Shown piece by piece: positions 39,644-51,508 of a stretch of 64,000 nucleotides of DNA. The translations under genes were made by a program, and so were the position numbers. Position 1 is the first letter of the stretch. The number at the start of each line of letters is the position of its first letter. The stretch is from an uncultured Spirochaetota bacterium (GTDB lineage: Bacteria > Spirochaetota > Spirochaetia > SZUA-6 > Fen-1364), in NCBI GenBank assembly GCA_963734545.1, contig CAVTHO010000006.1:32001-96000 (forward strand), given 5' to 3'. Below the pieces are notes generated by a model that saw nothing but the letters and a program-made list of their open reading frames with translations, was not told the DNA's origin and ran no database searches.

Positions 39644-41026
39644 TCAGCCCTCGCCGTTCTCCCTGTACTCGTGTCGACGCTGGTTGCCCTTCACGATGCT
39701 GTTCTTGATCGCGAGAAGCTCGATCTTGATCCCTCGCGAGGTTTTCTTCTCCTGCGCCGCCTTGTCATGGAAGTACGTGTTGAGGCTCCCGAGGCGGCGA
39801 TGGATGAGGAGCAGCTCGTTCAGCTGCTTGTCCACGAAGGCCGCCAGCTGCCGCTCACCGGTGCTCTCCAGCCTTCGGAGCGCGGGGCCGGTGCCCGAGG
39901 CGAGTGTCGCCATGAGGCTCGATTTTTTTCGCGCTTCTTCCAGCAGCTTGGGGAAATCCACGACCTCTGTCTTGGGAGCCGGGACGCCGGGCTCCGCGTA
40001 TTGCACCTTGTACGCGCGATCCACGGTGCGCGGGGTCGCTCTCCTGCGCAGGAGGCGCCTCAACCAGCCGCCGCCTGATCCGCGATTCTCGAGGAGAAGG
40101 AGACGCTCGTTTTCCTCGAGGATGGCGAGAGCTGTCGCAAGCTCCTCGTGCGGACGGGAAAGTATCCGTACAGCCTCCAACAGGATCGGCTTTCCCTCCG
40201 GGAGCACCGTTGTCTTCACCGGTTCCGCCTCGACAACAGCCAGCGACGCGAGGACCTTCTCCTTCATGGCAGCGCCGTCACCCGCGAGCTCTTCCTCCAG
40301 GACTTCTTCCGCGAGAGCGGGATACCACGGTCTGCCCGGCATCCACTGCCCGAAACCCCTGCGGACAGCGCGCAGCGCCTCCTCTTTCCGCATGCGCGCC
40401 TCCGGCGCGCCGAGCGGGACCTGCTGCAGCACTTTGCTCCGCAGCTCCGCCTTCCATGATTCGCGGTGGTATGCGATCAGTTCCGCGACCATCCCGCGAA
40501 TCTGGTGAATGGTCTTTACGGCCTGGATATCGCAGTCCTTGAGGATCTGGGAGGCCATCGAGTCCGTGCCCATGCGCACCTTCATGAATACCCGGGCGAA
40601 CGCGCGCGTGGTGGGGCTCGTGGAGCCTTCGCCGAACTCCAGCCAGTTGATGAATGTCACGAGGGCCGAGATTTTCTTGAGCCGGACCAGGGTGAGCGCG
40701 TGGAGGTCGAAGGCGGCTTCCGTGGTCAGGAACTTGAGCTGGCGCCTGAACGCGGCCAGCCGGTAGCTCACCTCGTCCGTGTTTTCAAAATCGGGGAGCG
40801 GCTCGTCCTTGGGAATGACGATTTCCGTGAAGACCTGCTCGTAGTTGTACGGATCCTCACGGAGCAGGCCCTTGCGGATGAGCATGGCCATGGCGCCGTC
40901 GAAAAGCGCCTGATAGGAAAGGAGGGCGTCCTTCAGACGCGGGATCTGCGTTTCTGTCAGCCATTTTGAACGCTTCTCCAGCGCCGCTTCGAGCTGCCCG
41001 AGGTAGTCCGCAGATCCTTCCATCAC
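39644..41026 (-). CDS. Conserved helical hypothetical protein
   Basis: 460-aa ORF with high-GC codon pattern; KGLLREDPY. Confidence 0.8.
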   Translation of the reverse strand: MMEGSADYLGQLEAALEKRSKWLTETQIPRLKDALLSYQALFDGAMAMLIRKGLLREDPYNYEQVFTEIVIPKDEPLPDFENTDEVSYRLAAFRRQLKFLTTEAAFDLHALTLVRLKKISALVTFINWLEFGEGSTSPTTRAFARVFMKVRMGTDSMASQILKDCDIQAVKTIHQIRGMVAELIAYHRESWKAELRSKVLQQVPLGAPEARMRKEEALRAVRRGFGQWMPGRPWYPALAEEVLEEELAGDGAAMKEKVLASLAVVEAEPVKTTVLPEGKPILLEAVRILSRPHEELATALAILEENERLLLLENRGSGGGWLRRLLRRRATPRTVDRAYKVQYAEPGVPAPKTEVVDFPKLLEEARKKSSLMATLASGTGPALRRLESTGERQLAAFVDKQLNELLLIHRRLGSLNTYFHDKAAQEKKTSRGIKIELLAIKNSIVKGNQRRHEYRENGEG

Positions 41027-41130
41027 AATAGATTATAGGGTAAAGTCGAGGCGGACGCAACGCAGGAAAGGGCGGCCACGGCGCCTTTCGCGGTACACCG
41101 CGCCCTTCCGTGGCATTACAGGCATGCACG

Positions 41131-41655
41131 ATGGGAACCGCCGGGGTTTTCAGCAGGGAGAAGCTTGTCATCGCGATTCTCATCTCCGCTCTCGGCAGGA
41201 GGGACGAGCTGGTGGCATGTCTTGCCGACCGCTGGGGTCCCGTCGACTATGCCTCCGAACCTTTCCCTTTCGCATTCACGCACTATTATGACGCCGAGAT
41301 GGGTACGCCGATCGACCGGCTCTTCATCTCCTTCGAGCGCCTGGTCGATCCCACCTGTCTCGCGAGGACCAAGCAGGAGACAAACGGTATTGAGGACCTG
41401 TTTCGCGAGAAGGGGAGCCGGAAGGTCAACCTGGATCCCGGTCTTCTGTCCCTTCCACGGTTCGTCCTTGCTACGACCAAGGAGAACGCTCACCGCATCC
41501 CCCTGGCGGAAGGCATCTACGCGGAGATAACGCTCCTGTACGGAAAGGGCAGCTACCGACCGCTTCCGTGGACCTACCCCGATTTCCGATCGGAGCCCAC
41601 CCTCTCGATCCTCAACAGGATCCGCGCACAATACAAGAAGCAGCCAAGGCGATAG
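41131..41655 (+). CDS. DUF4416 family protein
   Basis: YYDAEMG..RKVNLDPG..LATTK..HRI..WTYPD. Confidence 0.88.
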   Translation: MGTAGVFSREKLVIAILISALGRRDELVACLADRWGPVDYASEPFPFAFTHYYDAEMGTPIDRLFISFERLVDPTCLARTKQETNGIEDLFREKGSRKVNLDPGLLSLPRFVLATTKENAHRIPLAEGIYAEITLLYGKGSYRPLPWTYPDFRSEPTLSILNRIRAQYKKQPRR

Positions 41656-41718
41656 AGAGAGCTTTCCTGGCGGAATCCTCCTGCAAGCACGGAGAACCCG
41701 GGACGCGTATCTAGTAGA

Positions 41719-42489
41719 GTGACGCCCTTCAAAGCCCTGGCTCTCATTGCCGGTACCCACAGTCTCCTGTCTTGCGGGGCCTTTGGACCCCAGGCGCATA
41801 TCGAGGTGCTCATTCCGGCCCCGCCCGTGCACTGGACACGGGCATTTCCCGACCTTGCTTTTCTCCTGGTTTTTCCGGATGCCGCGGGGCGCGAGCAGGT
41901 GGTGAGGGTTTCTGACCCGGTGAATCCGGTCACGATAGACTGCCCAAAGACCGGGAACACCCCCGTTCTTGCCTACCCCTTCAGCTCCATGGACGAAGAA
42001 GGGGGGATCGGCCGAGAGGGTATGCTCCGCCCCGCCGGCGGGATGTATCCGGACTCGCTGGATGACTCGCGCCTGGAGCCGGCCCTCGTGCTGGACTGGC
42101 GGGACGGGGCGGTTGCCACGGTGCTGTCCCGGCTCATCTCGCTCGGGCGGGACACCTCTCTGGTCAATGCGGCGCGTCTTGCCCGGTACTTTCGGGAAAG
42201 AGAAGACCCATGGAAGCTCGATTTGCCGAGGATCGAGGAGGCGCTCGCAAGAGGAGAGTTTACCGCTTATGACATGGATGAGCTGCCCTGCCGGGACGTA
42301 TACGTGAACGCAGGCCCAGGCGAATGGTTCATGGAAAGTCCCTTTTCCAGTGTTACCACGCTGACCAGGGAAGGGAATCTCGGCTTGACAGGTGTAAGCC
42401 TTGGTATGCACGGGTTGTTCTCGGTGGATGGGCACTTGACGCTGATCAATGTGAGCGGGACCGAAGTCGTCGTGATGCCGGTTCGCTGA
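41719..42489 (+). CDS. Hypothetical lipoprotein
   Basis: LLSC lipobox; PVLAYP, RPAGG, DPW motifs. Confidence 0.7.
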   Translation: MTPFKALALIAGTHSLLSCGAFGPQAHIEVLIPAPPVHWTRAFPDLAFLLVFPDAAGREQVVRVSDPVNPVTIDCPKTGNTPVLAYPFSSMDEEGGIGREGMLRPAGGMYPDSLDDSRLEPALVLDWRDGAVATVLSRLISLGRDTSLVNAARLARYFREREDPWKLDLPRIEEALARGEFTAYDMDELPCRDVYVNAGPGEWFMESPFSSVTTLTREGNLGLTGVSLGMHGLFSVDGHLTLINVSGTEVVVMPVR

Positions 42490-42644
42490 AGCGCGGCAGT
42501 ACGGGGTACTCCCGTACCCGGCGGATTTGGGAGCGCCGCCGTTCCGAAGAGCGCGCATGCAGCGCGGGGACGGGCCCGGACAAAAAAGGACGTCGGCGGC
42601 TCCGCCGACGTCACGCCTCCGAGGCCGCCTTCCCGTGGGGGGGA

Positions 42645-43055
42645 CTACTTCCACACGGTGAAGAGAAACCCTTCGGCAATGTAAACGACCAGGAAATAGA
42701 AGAACCCGATGACCCAGAGGGCCGTCGGTCTTGCCTCGAACACACCCGCCGTGAGCATGGCCGACGCTCCCACGCCTACCCAGACCACGGCTCCCGCGAT
42801 CAGCCCCATCCACCAGGTGGTGGTGCCGAAGGCGATGATGATGAGATCCAGGACCAGACAGGAAACAAAGGCGCTGACGAGCGGCAGAAGGAACGTCACC
42901 GCCGACATCTTCATGTCCGACTGCTTTTTCCCCATCTTTGCCATGGCCGCCAGCCAGGGCTTTCCCAGGATGGGACCATACCACAGGAAACCAAGGACCA
43001 TGTTGAACACCGTGCCCGCAATGACCGCAAGCCAGTTTACCTGTGCGAACTGCAT
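42645..43055 (-). CDS. DUF1761 membrane protein
   Basis: NWLAV..GFLWYGP.LGKPW. Confidence 0.85.
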   Translation of the reverse strand: MQFAQVNWLAVIAGTVFNMVLGFLWYGPILGKPWLAAMAKMGKKQSDMKMSAVTFLLPLVSAFVSCLVLDLIIIAFGTTTWWMGLIAGAVVWVGVGASAMLTAGVFEARPTALWVIGFFYFLVVYIAEGFLFTVWK

Positions 43056-43137
43056 TGAGTCCTCCTGGCCTAATAAGGTAGCAAAACCGGCTGCGGAGAA
43101 GAAGCAAAATCGATCGATGGCCCCAGGGTCTGCCCGC

Positions 43138-44310
43138 TCAGTCCACGCGGATGATCGTCGCCTTCGTCAGCACCTGCGCCCCTGTTTCCGTCATCAGCAC
43201 GTCGTTTTCCCACCGGACGCCGCCGTGTGCAGGGTGGTAGAGTCCCGGCTCGATCGTGAAGATCATGCCGGGAAGAAGCGTCGGATCCCTGTTCTGGTCC
43301 TGGTTTCGCACCAGGGGGGCTTCGTGCACGTCCATGCCGATTCCATGGCCCAGCGCGTGAGGCATTCTCCAGCCCGAGGGAGCAAACAGGTCATCGACAG
43401 CCATGGCGGGATCACGTGTCGAGGCGCCTGGCTTCGCCGCTCGCACCGCCGTTGCGTACGCCTCCTTCACGAGCCCGATCATCCGCTCCTGCTCCTCGGC
43501 GAGCTTTCCGCGCGCCACGGTGATCGTCACGTCGCTCGAGTAGCCATCCACCTTGATGCCGAAATCGAGGATGGACAGGCCCGGCGCGGCGAATGGCCCG
43601 CGCGAGAATGCCGGAAAGGGGTGGATGGCCCAGCTGCGCGCGGGTCCCGCGGCGAGCGTCTCGAATCCCATGCCCTCGGCGCCGAGGGAGAGCGCTTCCC
43701 GTTCAACGAACTGGGCAATATCGAGCTCGCGCAATTCGTCGGCGCCGCCGGGCGCCGTCAGCAGCGCCTCGACCTTCCCGATGACGGTGTTCGTGATCTC
43801 AGCTGCCCTCAGGACAGCCGCGATCTCCGAGGCATCCTTGATCGTCCTCCACCTGCCGACAGAGGATTCGAACCCGTCCTCCCGGAGAATGACTTCCACG
43901 CCCGGCAGGTCAGACGCCAGCTCCTGGCGGCGAAGGTGGGAGGTTCTCTGCAGAAACTCCACTTTCCTGGGAGAGGCAGACGCCGCCGAGGCACCCAGGC
44001 CTTCCGCTTCCAGCACGCCGATCACTGCCTGGCGAAACGAGCGCTTGAAATCCGTATAGGGAACCACCCGGTCCACCGTGCTCCTGTCCTTCGCCATGTG
44101 CTCGTCCCACGGCACCAGCACGGTCTTGCCGGCGGCGAAGACGAAGAGCACGCCGTCCATTGGATGACCGCAAAGCCAGCGCAGCACGCTCGTGCGCTGG
44201 TTCTCGAAATCGTCCACGACGCATGCGTCGATGCCCGCCTCCGCGAGCCAGGCCGCCAGACGGGCCTGCCGCTCCCGAAACATGGCGGCGGCCGGGTCAG
44301 AGGGTTGCAA
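43138..44310 (-). CDS. Xaa-Pro peptidase (M24)
   Basis: [32 protein letters not shown]. Confidence 0.92.
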   Translation of the reverse strand: MQPSDPAAAMFRERQARLAAWLAEAGIDACVVDDFENQRTSVLRWLCGHPMDGVLFVFAAGKTVLVPWDEHMAKDRSTVDRVVPYTDFKRSFRQAVIGVLEAEGLGASAASASPRKVEFLQRTSHLRRQELASDLPGVEVILREDGFESSVGRWRTIKDASEIAAVLRAAEITNTVIGKVEALLTAPGGADELRELDIAQFVEREALSLGAEGMGFETLAAGPARSWAIHPFPAFSRGPFAAPGLSILDFGIKVDGYSSDVTITVARGKLAEEQERMIGLVKEAYATAVRAAKPGASTRDPAMAVDDLFAPSGWRMPHALGHGIGMDVHEAPLVRNQDQNRDPTLLPGMIFTIEPGLYHPAHGGVRWENDVLMTETGAQVLTKATIIRVD

Positions 44311-46717
44311 CGATATTCACCAGCTTGTTGGGAACCACGATGACTTTCCGGATCTCCTTGCCGGCAAGGAGTTCCTTGATCCTCTCGTGAGTGAGGGCCC
44401 GTTCCCTCAGACCGTCTTCAGCGGTACCGGCCGGCATGCTCTCCTTGGCCCGGTTCTTTCCATTGATCTGGAACACGATCTCCACCAGATCCTCGACCGT
44501 GAGAGATTCCTTCCAGTCCGGCCACGCCTGCCGGGCGAGTGAGGGCGCGTTTCCCAGTTTGCCCCAGAGCTCTTCGGCCAGGTGCGGGGCGTACGGAGAA
44601 AGCAGGAGGACGAACGGCGTCCAGAGCGCCCGCGGCATCCTGTCGAGTCCCGCGGTCTCGTTGAGGAATATCATCATCTGGGCAATGGCGGTGTTGAACT
44701 CCAGCCTCTCCGTGTCGTGGGTCACCTTCTTGACGGTCTTGTGCAGCACGCGCATGAGCGGCTCAGGGGGCGCATCGTCCGTCAGAGGCAGCTCCCCCGC
44801 GCGCCAGATTCTTTCCAGGAATCTGCGTGCGCCCGCGATTCCGCGGGTGGACCATGGCTTGGACACTTCAAGCGGACCCATGAACATCTCGTAGACGCGC
44901 ATCGTGTCCGCCCCGTATTCCTTCACGATGTCGTCGGGATTGATCACGTTTCCCATGCTCTTCGACATCTTCACGCCGCCCTCGCCGAGTATCATGCCCT
45001 GATTGATCAGCCGCATGAACGGCTCCGAGGTGTTGACCAGTCCTTCGTCGAAAAGGAATTTGTGCCAGAAACGCGCGTAGAGGAGATGAAGGACCGCGTG
45101 CTCCGCCCCCCCGACGTACAGATCCACCGGCATCCAGTAGTCGATCTTCTCACGCGCCGCGAAGACCTTGTCGTTCCTGGGGTCCAGAAACCGAAGGTAG
45201 TACCAGCAGGATCCCGCCCACTGAGGCATGGTGTTGGTTTCCCGCTTCGCCGGGCCTCCGCATTTCGGGCATGTCGTGTTCACCCAATCCGGGATGGCGG
45301 CCAGCGGGCTTTCGCCCGTGTTGCTAGGGATGACGGTCTTCACCTCCGGGAGGGTCAGGGGAAGCTGTTCATACGGCACGGCGACCGTGCCGTCCCGGGG
45401 GCAGTGCACCAGGGGAATCGGCTCTCCCCAGTAGCGCTGACGCGAGAAGATCCAGTCGCGCAGCTTGTAATTGACCGCGCGCTTTCCGATGCCCCTTTTC
45501 TCCAGCCAGGCGATGATCCTGTCCTTGAACTCGGCGGTGGCCAGGCCGTTGAACTCCCCTGAGTTGACCGCGATCCCCGGCTCGGGATCAGCGGCGGACA
45601 TCTCGGACTCGGTGCCGTCCTTCGAGACCACCTGCACGATGGGCAGCCCGAACTTCTTTGCGAACTCGAAGTCCCTCTCGTCGTGCGCGGGCACCGCCAT
45701 GATGGCGCCGGTGCCGTAGGAGATGAGGATGTAGTCGGAAATCCAGACCGGGATCCTCTGCCCGTTGACGGGATTGAGCGCGTACGCACCGGTGAACACG
45801 CCCGTTTTCTCCTTGGCAAGCTCGGTGCGTTCCAGATCCGATTTCATTGCCGCGGCGGCGACGTAGCGGCCAACAGCATCCTTCTGCGCGGGGGTCGTGA
45901 TCTTTCCCACGAGTGCGTGCTCGGGCGCGAGCACCATGTAGGTGGCGCCGAACAGTGTATCCGGCCGCGTGGTGTACACCTCGATCGGGTCAGCGCCCTT
46001 TTCCAGCTCGAAGCGGACGTTCGCGCCCTCGCTCCTGCCGATCCAGTTGGTCTGCATGAGCTTCAGGGAATCCGACCAGTCCAGCAGGTCCAGGTCCGCC
46101 AGGAGCCGCTCCGCGTACGCGGTGATCCTGAGGATCCACTGACGCAGGTTGCGCCTCGTGACCGGCGTGCCGCACCTGTCGCACAGGCCGTCCTTCACCT
46201 CTTCATTGGCCAGACCTGTCAGGCAGGAGGGACACCAGTTGATGGGAACCTCGGCCTCATAGGCCAGCCCTTTCTCCCAGAGTCTCAGGAATATCCATTG
46301 GGTCCACCGGTAGTATTCGGGCTCGCAGGAAGAGAGGCACCTGTCCCAGTCGTAGGAGAATCCCAGCGATTTGATCTGCGCGGTGAAGCGCGCGATGTTC
46401 TGTTCCGTGGAGACCCGGGGATGAGTGCCCGTCTTGATGGCGTAGTTTTCCGCGGGCAGACCGAATGAGTCGAAGCCCATTGGATGGAGAACCTGGTATC
46501 CCTTCATGCGGAGATAGCGGCAGTAGATATCCGTGGCGAAATAGCCCTCCGGGTGACCCACGTGAAGTCCCGCGGCGGACGGGTAGGGGAACATGTCGAG
46601 GACGTACTTGCGCTTCTCCCGCGGGACGGCGGGATCTTCCGTTGTGCGGAAGGTCTTGTGCTTCTCCCAATATGACTGCCACTTGTGTTCGATGTCACTG
46701 AATGGATATCCGGCCAT
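44297..46717 (-). CDS. leuS: Leucyl-tRNA synthetase
   Basis: MFPYPS..HVGH, TTRPDT editing domain, KMSKS. Confidence 0.98.
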   Translation of the reverse strand: MAGYPFSDIEHKWQSYWEKHKTFRTTEDPAVPREKRKYVLDMFPYPSAAGLHVGHPEGYFATDIYCRYLRMKGYQVLHPMGFDSFGLPAENYAIKTGTHPRVSTEQNIARFTAQIKSLGFSYDWDRCLSSCEPEYYRWTQWIFLRLWEKGLAYEAEVPINWCPSCLTGLANEEVKDGLCDRCGTPVTRRNLRQWILRITAYAERLLADLDLLDWSDSLKLMQTNWIGRSEGANVRFELEKGADPIEVYTTRPDTLFGATYMVLAPEHALVGKITTPAQKDAVGRYVAAAAMKSDLERTELAKEKTGVFTGAYALNPVNGQRIPVWISDYILISYGTGAIMAVPAHDERDFEFAKKFGLPIVQVVSKDGTESEMSAADPEPGIAVNSGEFNGLATAEFKDRIIAWLEKRGIGKRAVNYKLRDWIFSRQRYWGEPIPLVHCPRDGTVAVPYEQLPLTLPEVKTVIPSNTGESPLAAIPDWVNTTCPKCGGPAKRETNTMPQWAGSCWYYLRFLDPRNDKVFAAREKIDYWMPVDLYVGGAEHAVLHLLYARFWHKFLFDEGLVNTSEPFMRLINQGMILGEGGVKMSKSMGNVINPDDIVKEYGADTMRVYEMFMGPLEVSKPWSTRGIAGARRFLERIWRAGELPLTDDAPPEPLMRVLHKTVKKVTHDTERLEFNTAIAQMMIFLNETAGLDRMPRALWTPFVLLLSPYAPHLAEELWGKLGNAPSLARQAWPDWKESLTVEDLVEIVFQINGKNRAKESMPAGTAEDGLRERALTHERIKELLAGKEIRKVIVVPNKLVNIVATL

Positions 46718-46836
46718 GGCGGGATGATAATCATGCGGTGGGCCGGGGTCAACACTGCGCAACGGCCATGTCTGCGCGACGGGCGAGGCTTTTCCGGAAG
46801 GAGGAGGCCCCGGGGGCCTCCTCCGCATTCAGGTCA

Positions 46837-47559
46837 TTACTTGGGCGAGTAGGTCGGGTAATTCACTTCCGGATCGTATTCGCCTTCCCTCGTTTCCCCG
46901 CTGGCGCTGGGAATGACGAAATGCTGGCCGGGCTCGATCAGGTCCGGGTTGTCCGGATTCTCCAGAAGGGACTTGTTCGCGTTGTACAACAGTCTCCACT
47001 TCCAGGGATCGTTGTAGACCCACGGGAATCCGGCGATCCTCCAGAAGCAGTCCCTCTTTGAGATGACGAGCCGCACCGTGTAGTACTGCGGCAGCGCCGG
47101 CTCCGAAGGGGTCTTGGCGACCACCGGGGCGACGTTCGCCAGGGCAGCGAGGGCGGTCTTGGAAAGCCCGATGCTCTTCTCATAGTCTTTCGCATCGAGC
47201 GCTTCCTTGGCGCCGCCTGCGGCGGTCACGGCCGTGTTGTACGCGTCCTTGTAGTTCGTGTCCGCCTTGATGGACTTCGCGTACGCAATGCGGTCCTTGG
47301 CCTGCGCCAGCCACCCATTGGCCCTGTAGAACATGAGCATCGTCTCGACGTATTCGTCGGATTTTGCGAGGTTGTCTTTGGCCTCAGCCGCCAGGCTTGC
47401 CGCTTCATCGTAGTCTCCCGCCTGCAGCGCCTGTTCGGACTGCGCCACCAGGTCCTTGGCCTTGTTGTAGAACTCATTGTCCAGGAGGGACTGGGCCGAG
47501 AGGGTCGAGATGCCGAGGAACAAGGCGATAGAGACGGCCACAAGAATTGTTTTCTTCAT
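46837..47559 (-). CDS. LysM-containing treponemal membrane protein B-like protein
   Basis: DCFWRIA..YNDPWKW..NPDLIEPG C-terminal LysM; signal peptide. Confidence 0.8.
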   Translation of the reverse strand: MKKTILVAVSIALFLGISTLSAQSLLDNEFYNKAKDLVAQSEQALQAGDYDEAASLAAEAKDNLAKSDEYVETMLMFYRANGWLAQAKDRIAYAKSIKADTNYKDAYNTAVTAAGGAKEALDAKDYEKSIGLSKTALAALANVAPVVAKTPSEPALPQYYTVRLVISKRDCFWRIAGFPWVYNDPWKWRLLYNANKSLLENPDNPDLIEPGQHFVIPSASGETREGEYDPEVNYPTYSPK

Positions 47560-48216
47560 TTAGAAACCCTCATCCTTCAGCGCCTTCTGTGCGTCCGCGG
47601 CCTTCTTTTCAGAGGCCGTCATCGCATCCTTCGTGTCCGCCAGGGATTTCGTGGCGTTCTGCATCTTCAGCAGCGCCTGGGCAGCCACGGCATCGAACAA
47701 GTCGCGGGCCTTTGCGAAATCCGTCACCGCGTTTTCGAGGTCTCCGGCATCCTTCTCCTTCAAGGCGCGCTGGTACACGTCATTGGCTTCCGCGTATTGA
47801 TCTTTGACCGCGACCGACGCCTTCAGGTCATCCGCCGCCTTTTTTTTCGCCTCGGTCTGCGCCTGCACCTTGGCGAGGTAGAGAGCTCCGCCCTTGGTGA
47901 TGACGGAGTTGAACTCGTCGATTGCCTTGGTCAGGGACTCCTTTGCAGCTGCGTTGTCCTTGCCGTACGCATCCTGTCCCGCCTTCAGATCCTTTGTTGC
48001 AGCGGCGTAGTCCTCGGGATCGTATTCACGGAGCCCGTATTTGTCCGCCTTTTGCTGCAGGCTCTGCGCCTGCGCCAGCTCTGCGTCAGGCGCGGCAACC
48101 GCCGGCTTCTCCGGCGGCTGCGGGGCCTCCGGGGGTGTGGCAGGAGGCGTGCTTGCGCAGGAGACGGCAAGGAGGAGCGCCGCAAGAAGCGCTGCCCATG
48201 GAACTATCTTTCTCAT
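47560..48216 (-). CDS. Helical lipoprotein (TmpA-like position)
   Basis: AVSC lipobox; Ala/Lys-rich helices; abuts the LysM gene. Confidence 0.75.
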   Translation of the reverse strand: MRKIVPWAALLAALLLAVSCASTPPATPPEAPQPPEKPAVAAPDAELAQAQSLQQKADKYGLREYDPEDYAAATKDLKAGQDAYGKDNAAAKESLTKAIDEFNSVITKGGALYLAKVQAQTEAKKKAADDLKASVAVKDQYAEANDVYQRALKEKDAGDLENAVTDFAKARDLFDAVAAQALLKMQNATKSLADTKDAMTASEKKAADAQKALKDEGF

Positions 48217-48347
48217 ATTCGCTCTCCTCTCTCTCGAACACCAGTTCTGATGACTAGTATACTACTTTGCCGGGGGCCATTTGTCCATGCGATATCCGTG
48301 CTCCCGGATACCCTATCCGGAGAGCATTCACGCAGTATACTGCGGAT

Positions 48348-49523
48348 GTGAGTGATGCGCGATATGCCTGTGTCGCGGCTGCGAGCTTCGGCCTCGAATC
48401 CATTGTCCGTGTCGAGCTGGAGAACCTCGGGATACAGGGCGCGCGCGCCTCTGACCGGCGCGTCCTGTTCGAAGGATCCGCGCGGGATATCGCCCGCAGC
48501 AATCTCGGATTGCGGACGGCTGATCGCGTGCTCATCCAGCTTGCCGAGTATCCCGCTGCGGATTTCGATGCCTTGTATGAAGGAGTGCGCGCCGTCCCCT
48601 GGAAGGACCTTCTGAGCAAAGGAGCCGCGGTCGATGTGGCTGCGCGAAGCGCAAAATCGAGGCTGACAGCGACCCCCACGATTCAATCCGTGGCCAAGAA
48701 AGCCATCGTCGACGCTCTTCGCGGCATCCGCGGCAGGGAGCGGTCATCGGCGCGCATGGAGGAGACCGGCATTCACTATGATGTCGAGGTTGCCCTTCAT
48801 TCCGACCGGGCCTCCGTCTGCCTCGACACGACGGGGCCGGGCCTGCACAAGCGCGGCTACAGAGCGGCGGCCGGAGAAGCGCCGCTGCGCGAGAACCTCG
48901 CCGCTGCCCTCGTGCTGTTGTCCCGGTGGGAAAGCCCGCGTCCATTCGCGGATCCTTTCTGCGGATCCGGGACCATCCCCATCGAGGCTGCCCTCGTGGC
49001 TGCTCACATCGCTCCGGGCATCCGGCGGTCATTTGCCGCCGAGGCGTGGCCCCTCATCTCTTCGGCAGTCTGGAGAGATGCGCGGGAGCAGGCGCGCGCG
49101 GAAGAACAGAAGCGCGTCCCGACAGAGATCGCGGCCTCCGACCGCGACGGGAGGATCGTCGAGATTGCCGCGGAGAACGCCCGGGCGGCGGGTGTGGCTG
49201 ACATGGTCCGGTTTCGACACGCGCCATTCGAGGGATTCACTCCGCAAGGCGACTATGGCTGCATGGTGTGCAACCCGCCCTATGGGCTGCGCCTGGGAGA
49301 GCAGAGGGAGGTGGAGCTGCTCTATCGCGCAATGGGCACGCTCTTTCGCGGCCTGCCCACCTGGTCCCTGTTCGCCCTCTCCGCACGAGATGACTTCCAG
49401 AAGTTCTTCGGCGCGCGCGCTTCCCGCAACCGCAAGCTTTACAATGGGAATGTGCGCTGCTGGTACTACCAGTACTTCGGCCCGCTGCCGGGAGCAAAGG
49501 ACCTGCCGCCGGCGAGTGGCTGA
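48348..49523 (+). CDS. THUMP-domain rRNA m2G methyltransferase (RlmL/YpsC-like)
   Basis: LHKRGYR..APLRENLAA..DPFCGSGT..NPPYG..RKLYNG. Confidence 0.92.
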   Translation: MSDARYACVAAASFGLESIVRVELENLGIQGARASDRRVLFEGSARDIARSNLGLRTADRVLIQLAEYPAADFDALYEGVRAVPWKDLLSKGAAVDVAARSAKSRLTATPTIQSVAKKAIVDALRGIRGRERSSARMEETGIHYDVEVALHSDRASVCLDTTGPGLHKRGYRAAAGEAPLRENLAAALVLLSRWESPRPFADPFCGSGTIPIEAALVAAHIAPGIRRSFAAEAWPLISSAVWRDAREQARAEEQKRVPTEIAASDRDGRIVEIAAENARAAGVADMVRFRHAPFEGFTPQGDYGCMVCNPPYGLRLGEQREVELLYRAMGTLFRGLPTWSLFALSARDDFQKFFGARASRNRKLYNGNVRCWYYQYFGPLPGAKDLPPASG

Positions 49524-49545
49524 GGCCCCGCCCCGCCGCAGCGCC

Positions 49546-50499
49546 TCACTCCTTCTTCCGCATCCGGCACACGAAGAATCCCTCTTTCTCCGAGTCGGGA
49601 AACACACGCAGCGCCAGGGCGAGACAGGGCAGCAGGCCGCGTGTCATTCCTGCATACGCGCCCGGTATCCGGACCGGCACTTTTTCCACTTGCAGCGGAA
49701 AACTCTCCAGCGCCCATTGCACCAGACGCTCGTTCTCCTCCAGGTTCAGTGTGCAGGTGGAATAGACGAGAACGCCCCCCGGCTTCAACGCCCGTACTCC
49801 GCTTGCCAGGAGCTTGCGCTGCAGCCGCACACTCTCTGTCACGACCTTCCTTGACCAGCCTCGTGATGTCGCCGGCTCGAACACGATGAATCGGCCTTCA
49901 CCCGAGCAGGGAACGTCGAGAAGAACCCTGTCAAAGCTCTCCGGTGCGAGCTCCCCGATCTTCTCACCCCTGCCCTGCCTCACCTCGACGATGCTGCATC
50001 CCTGCATCCGGACGTTATAGGCCAATCGCTCCACGCGTATTGCGTCAGCGTCGTTGGCCAGGATCGAGCCGCTGTTTCCCATGAGCGCCGCCATCTGCGT
50101 GGTCTTGCTCCCCGGTGCCGCGGCCAGGTCCAGCACGCGCTCTCCCGGCAGGGGACCGAGCGCAAGGGCAGGGATCATGCTCGAAAGGTTCTGAAGGTAG
50201 ATCCGGCCGTCCGCGTACACGGCCCATGCCTCGGCATCCCGCTCGCGCAGCTCGGCGAGCACAAACGCATCGTGATACCAGGGCACGCGGCGGTACTTGA
50301 CCGCGTTGTCGTGGAAGAACCGCATGAGCGCCTCTGCCGAGCCGCGCAGAGTGTTCGCCCGGAGCGTCGTGCAGCGCCTGCCTCCCATGCCCCGGAGGAT
50401 TGCTTCCGTCACGGGCTGGGGAAAGGTCGCGTCAAGTATTTCGAGGAACTCGCCGGGAAGACGCCGCCGCGCCTCCCCCACTGATGCCCGATGCGCCAC
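49546..50499 (-). CDS. RsmB/NOP2 RNA m5C methyltransferase
   Basis: DLAAAPGSKT, DVPCSGEG, YSTCT. Confidence 0.93.
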   Translation of the reverse strand: MAHRASVGEARRRLPGEFLEILDATFPQPVTEAILRGMGGRRCTTLRANTLRGSAEALMRFFHDNAVKYRRVPWYHDAFVLAELRERDAEAWAVYADGRIYLQNLSSMIPALALGPLPGERVLDLAAAPGSKTTQMAALMGNSGSILANDADAIRVERLAYNVRMQGCSIVEVRQGRGEKIGELAPESFDRVLLDVPCSGEGRFIVFEPATSRGWSRKVVTESVRLQRKLLASGVRALKPGGVLVYSTCTLNLEENERLVQWALESFPLQVEKVPVRIPGAYAGMTRGLLPCLALALRVFPDSEKEGFFVCRMRKKE

Positions 50500-50570
50500 G
50501 CCGTCACTGTAACATGGAGGGCCTTGACTTTCCCTCCCGGTGTCAGCTATTTTTCTCCCGGTATTTCCCC

Positions 50571-51431
50571 ATGCTTGCCCGCATTTCCGCGCACGCTGCG
50601 CTTTGGACGGCCTGGCTGAGGGACGTCGCGAAGCCGGCCCGGATTGCCGGAAAGCTCGCGCGGGCGCTCCTCCTCCTGGTCCTCCTCTGCCATGCAGCGC
50701 TCATACTATTCGTCCTCGTTGCCAGCCTGGCGCTCCTGCGCTGGAATCCGCCGGTGACGGCGCTCATGCTCTACCGCGGCGCCACCGCCCACCAGAAGAC
50801 GCAGCCGATCCGATTCGTGCCGCTGCGCAGCATCCCGCGCGTGGTGCGCACCATGGTGATCCGGCTCGAGGACTACAAGTTCTACCGTCACGCGGGAGTC
50901 GACCTGGGCGCCATCCGTGACGCGTGGGTCATCAACCGGTCCATCAAAAGGACCGCGGTGGGCGGCAGCACCATCCCGATGCAGCTGGCGAGAAACCTCT
51001 TCCTCACGCCTCGCAAGACCTACTTCCGGAAATACCTCGAGGCAGTCATCGCCCTCGAGATGGATCTCATTCTTCCCAAGGACAGGATTCTCGAGCTGTA
51101 TCTGAACTGCATCGAGTGGGGCAGGGGGATTTTCGGCATCGGCGCCGCCGCCGCCTACCATTACGACTCCGGCGTGGGCAACCTCGGACTCGACGAATTG
51201 CGTCGTCTCGTTACCATCATCACCAATCCCCTGCGCTACAACGTGACGACTTTCGAGAAGAGCCGCCAGATGGCGGCCCGGTACGCGTACCTGGTCAGCC
51301 GGTTTCCCGATCCCGCATCGACGTACCCGGCGGATTCTTCCGCCGAGCCATCGGAGTTCGAACCGGTTGCGAAGATACCTGACGCGCCCGAGATCGAGGC
51401 CTCTCCCCCGCCTCTGCCCGCTCCCCCTTAG
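50571..51431 (+). CDS. mtgA: Monofunctional peptidoglycan transglycosylase
   Basis: EDYKFYRH.G.D, GGSTI.MQLARNLFL, RKYLE, K..ILELYLN. Confidence 0.88.
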   Translation: MLARISAHAALWTAWLRDVAKPARIAGKLARALLLLVLLCHAALILFVLVASLALLRWNPPVTALMLYRGATAHQKTQPIRFVPLRSIPRVVRTMVIRLEDYKFYRHAGVDLGAIRDAWVINRSIKRTAVGGSTIPMQLARNLFLTPRKTYFRKYLEAVIALEMDLILPKDRILELYLNCIEWGRGIFGIGAAAAYHYDSGVGNLGLDELRRLVTIITNPLRYNVTTFEKSRQMAARYAYLVSRFPDPASTYPADSSAEPSEFEPVAKIPDAPEIEASPPPLPAPP

Positions 51432-51508
51432 CCCCAGCTCCTGCCCGCACGCGGCGCACTGTTTGACGGGATTGATGGCAGAATGCGGCGCCAGGTCCGC
51501 CGAACACG

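Noticed and set aside
41116-44343. Long ORFs of 663 aa and 544 aa (and similar at 56526-58004, 62086-63330)
   Set aside because: Stop-poor shadow frames overlapping well-supported genes in GC-rich DNA.
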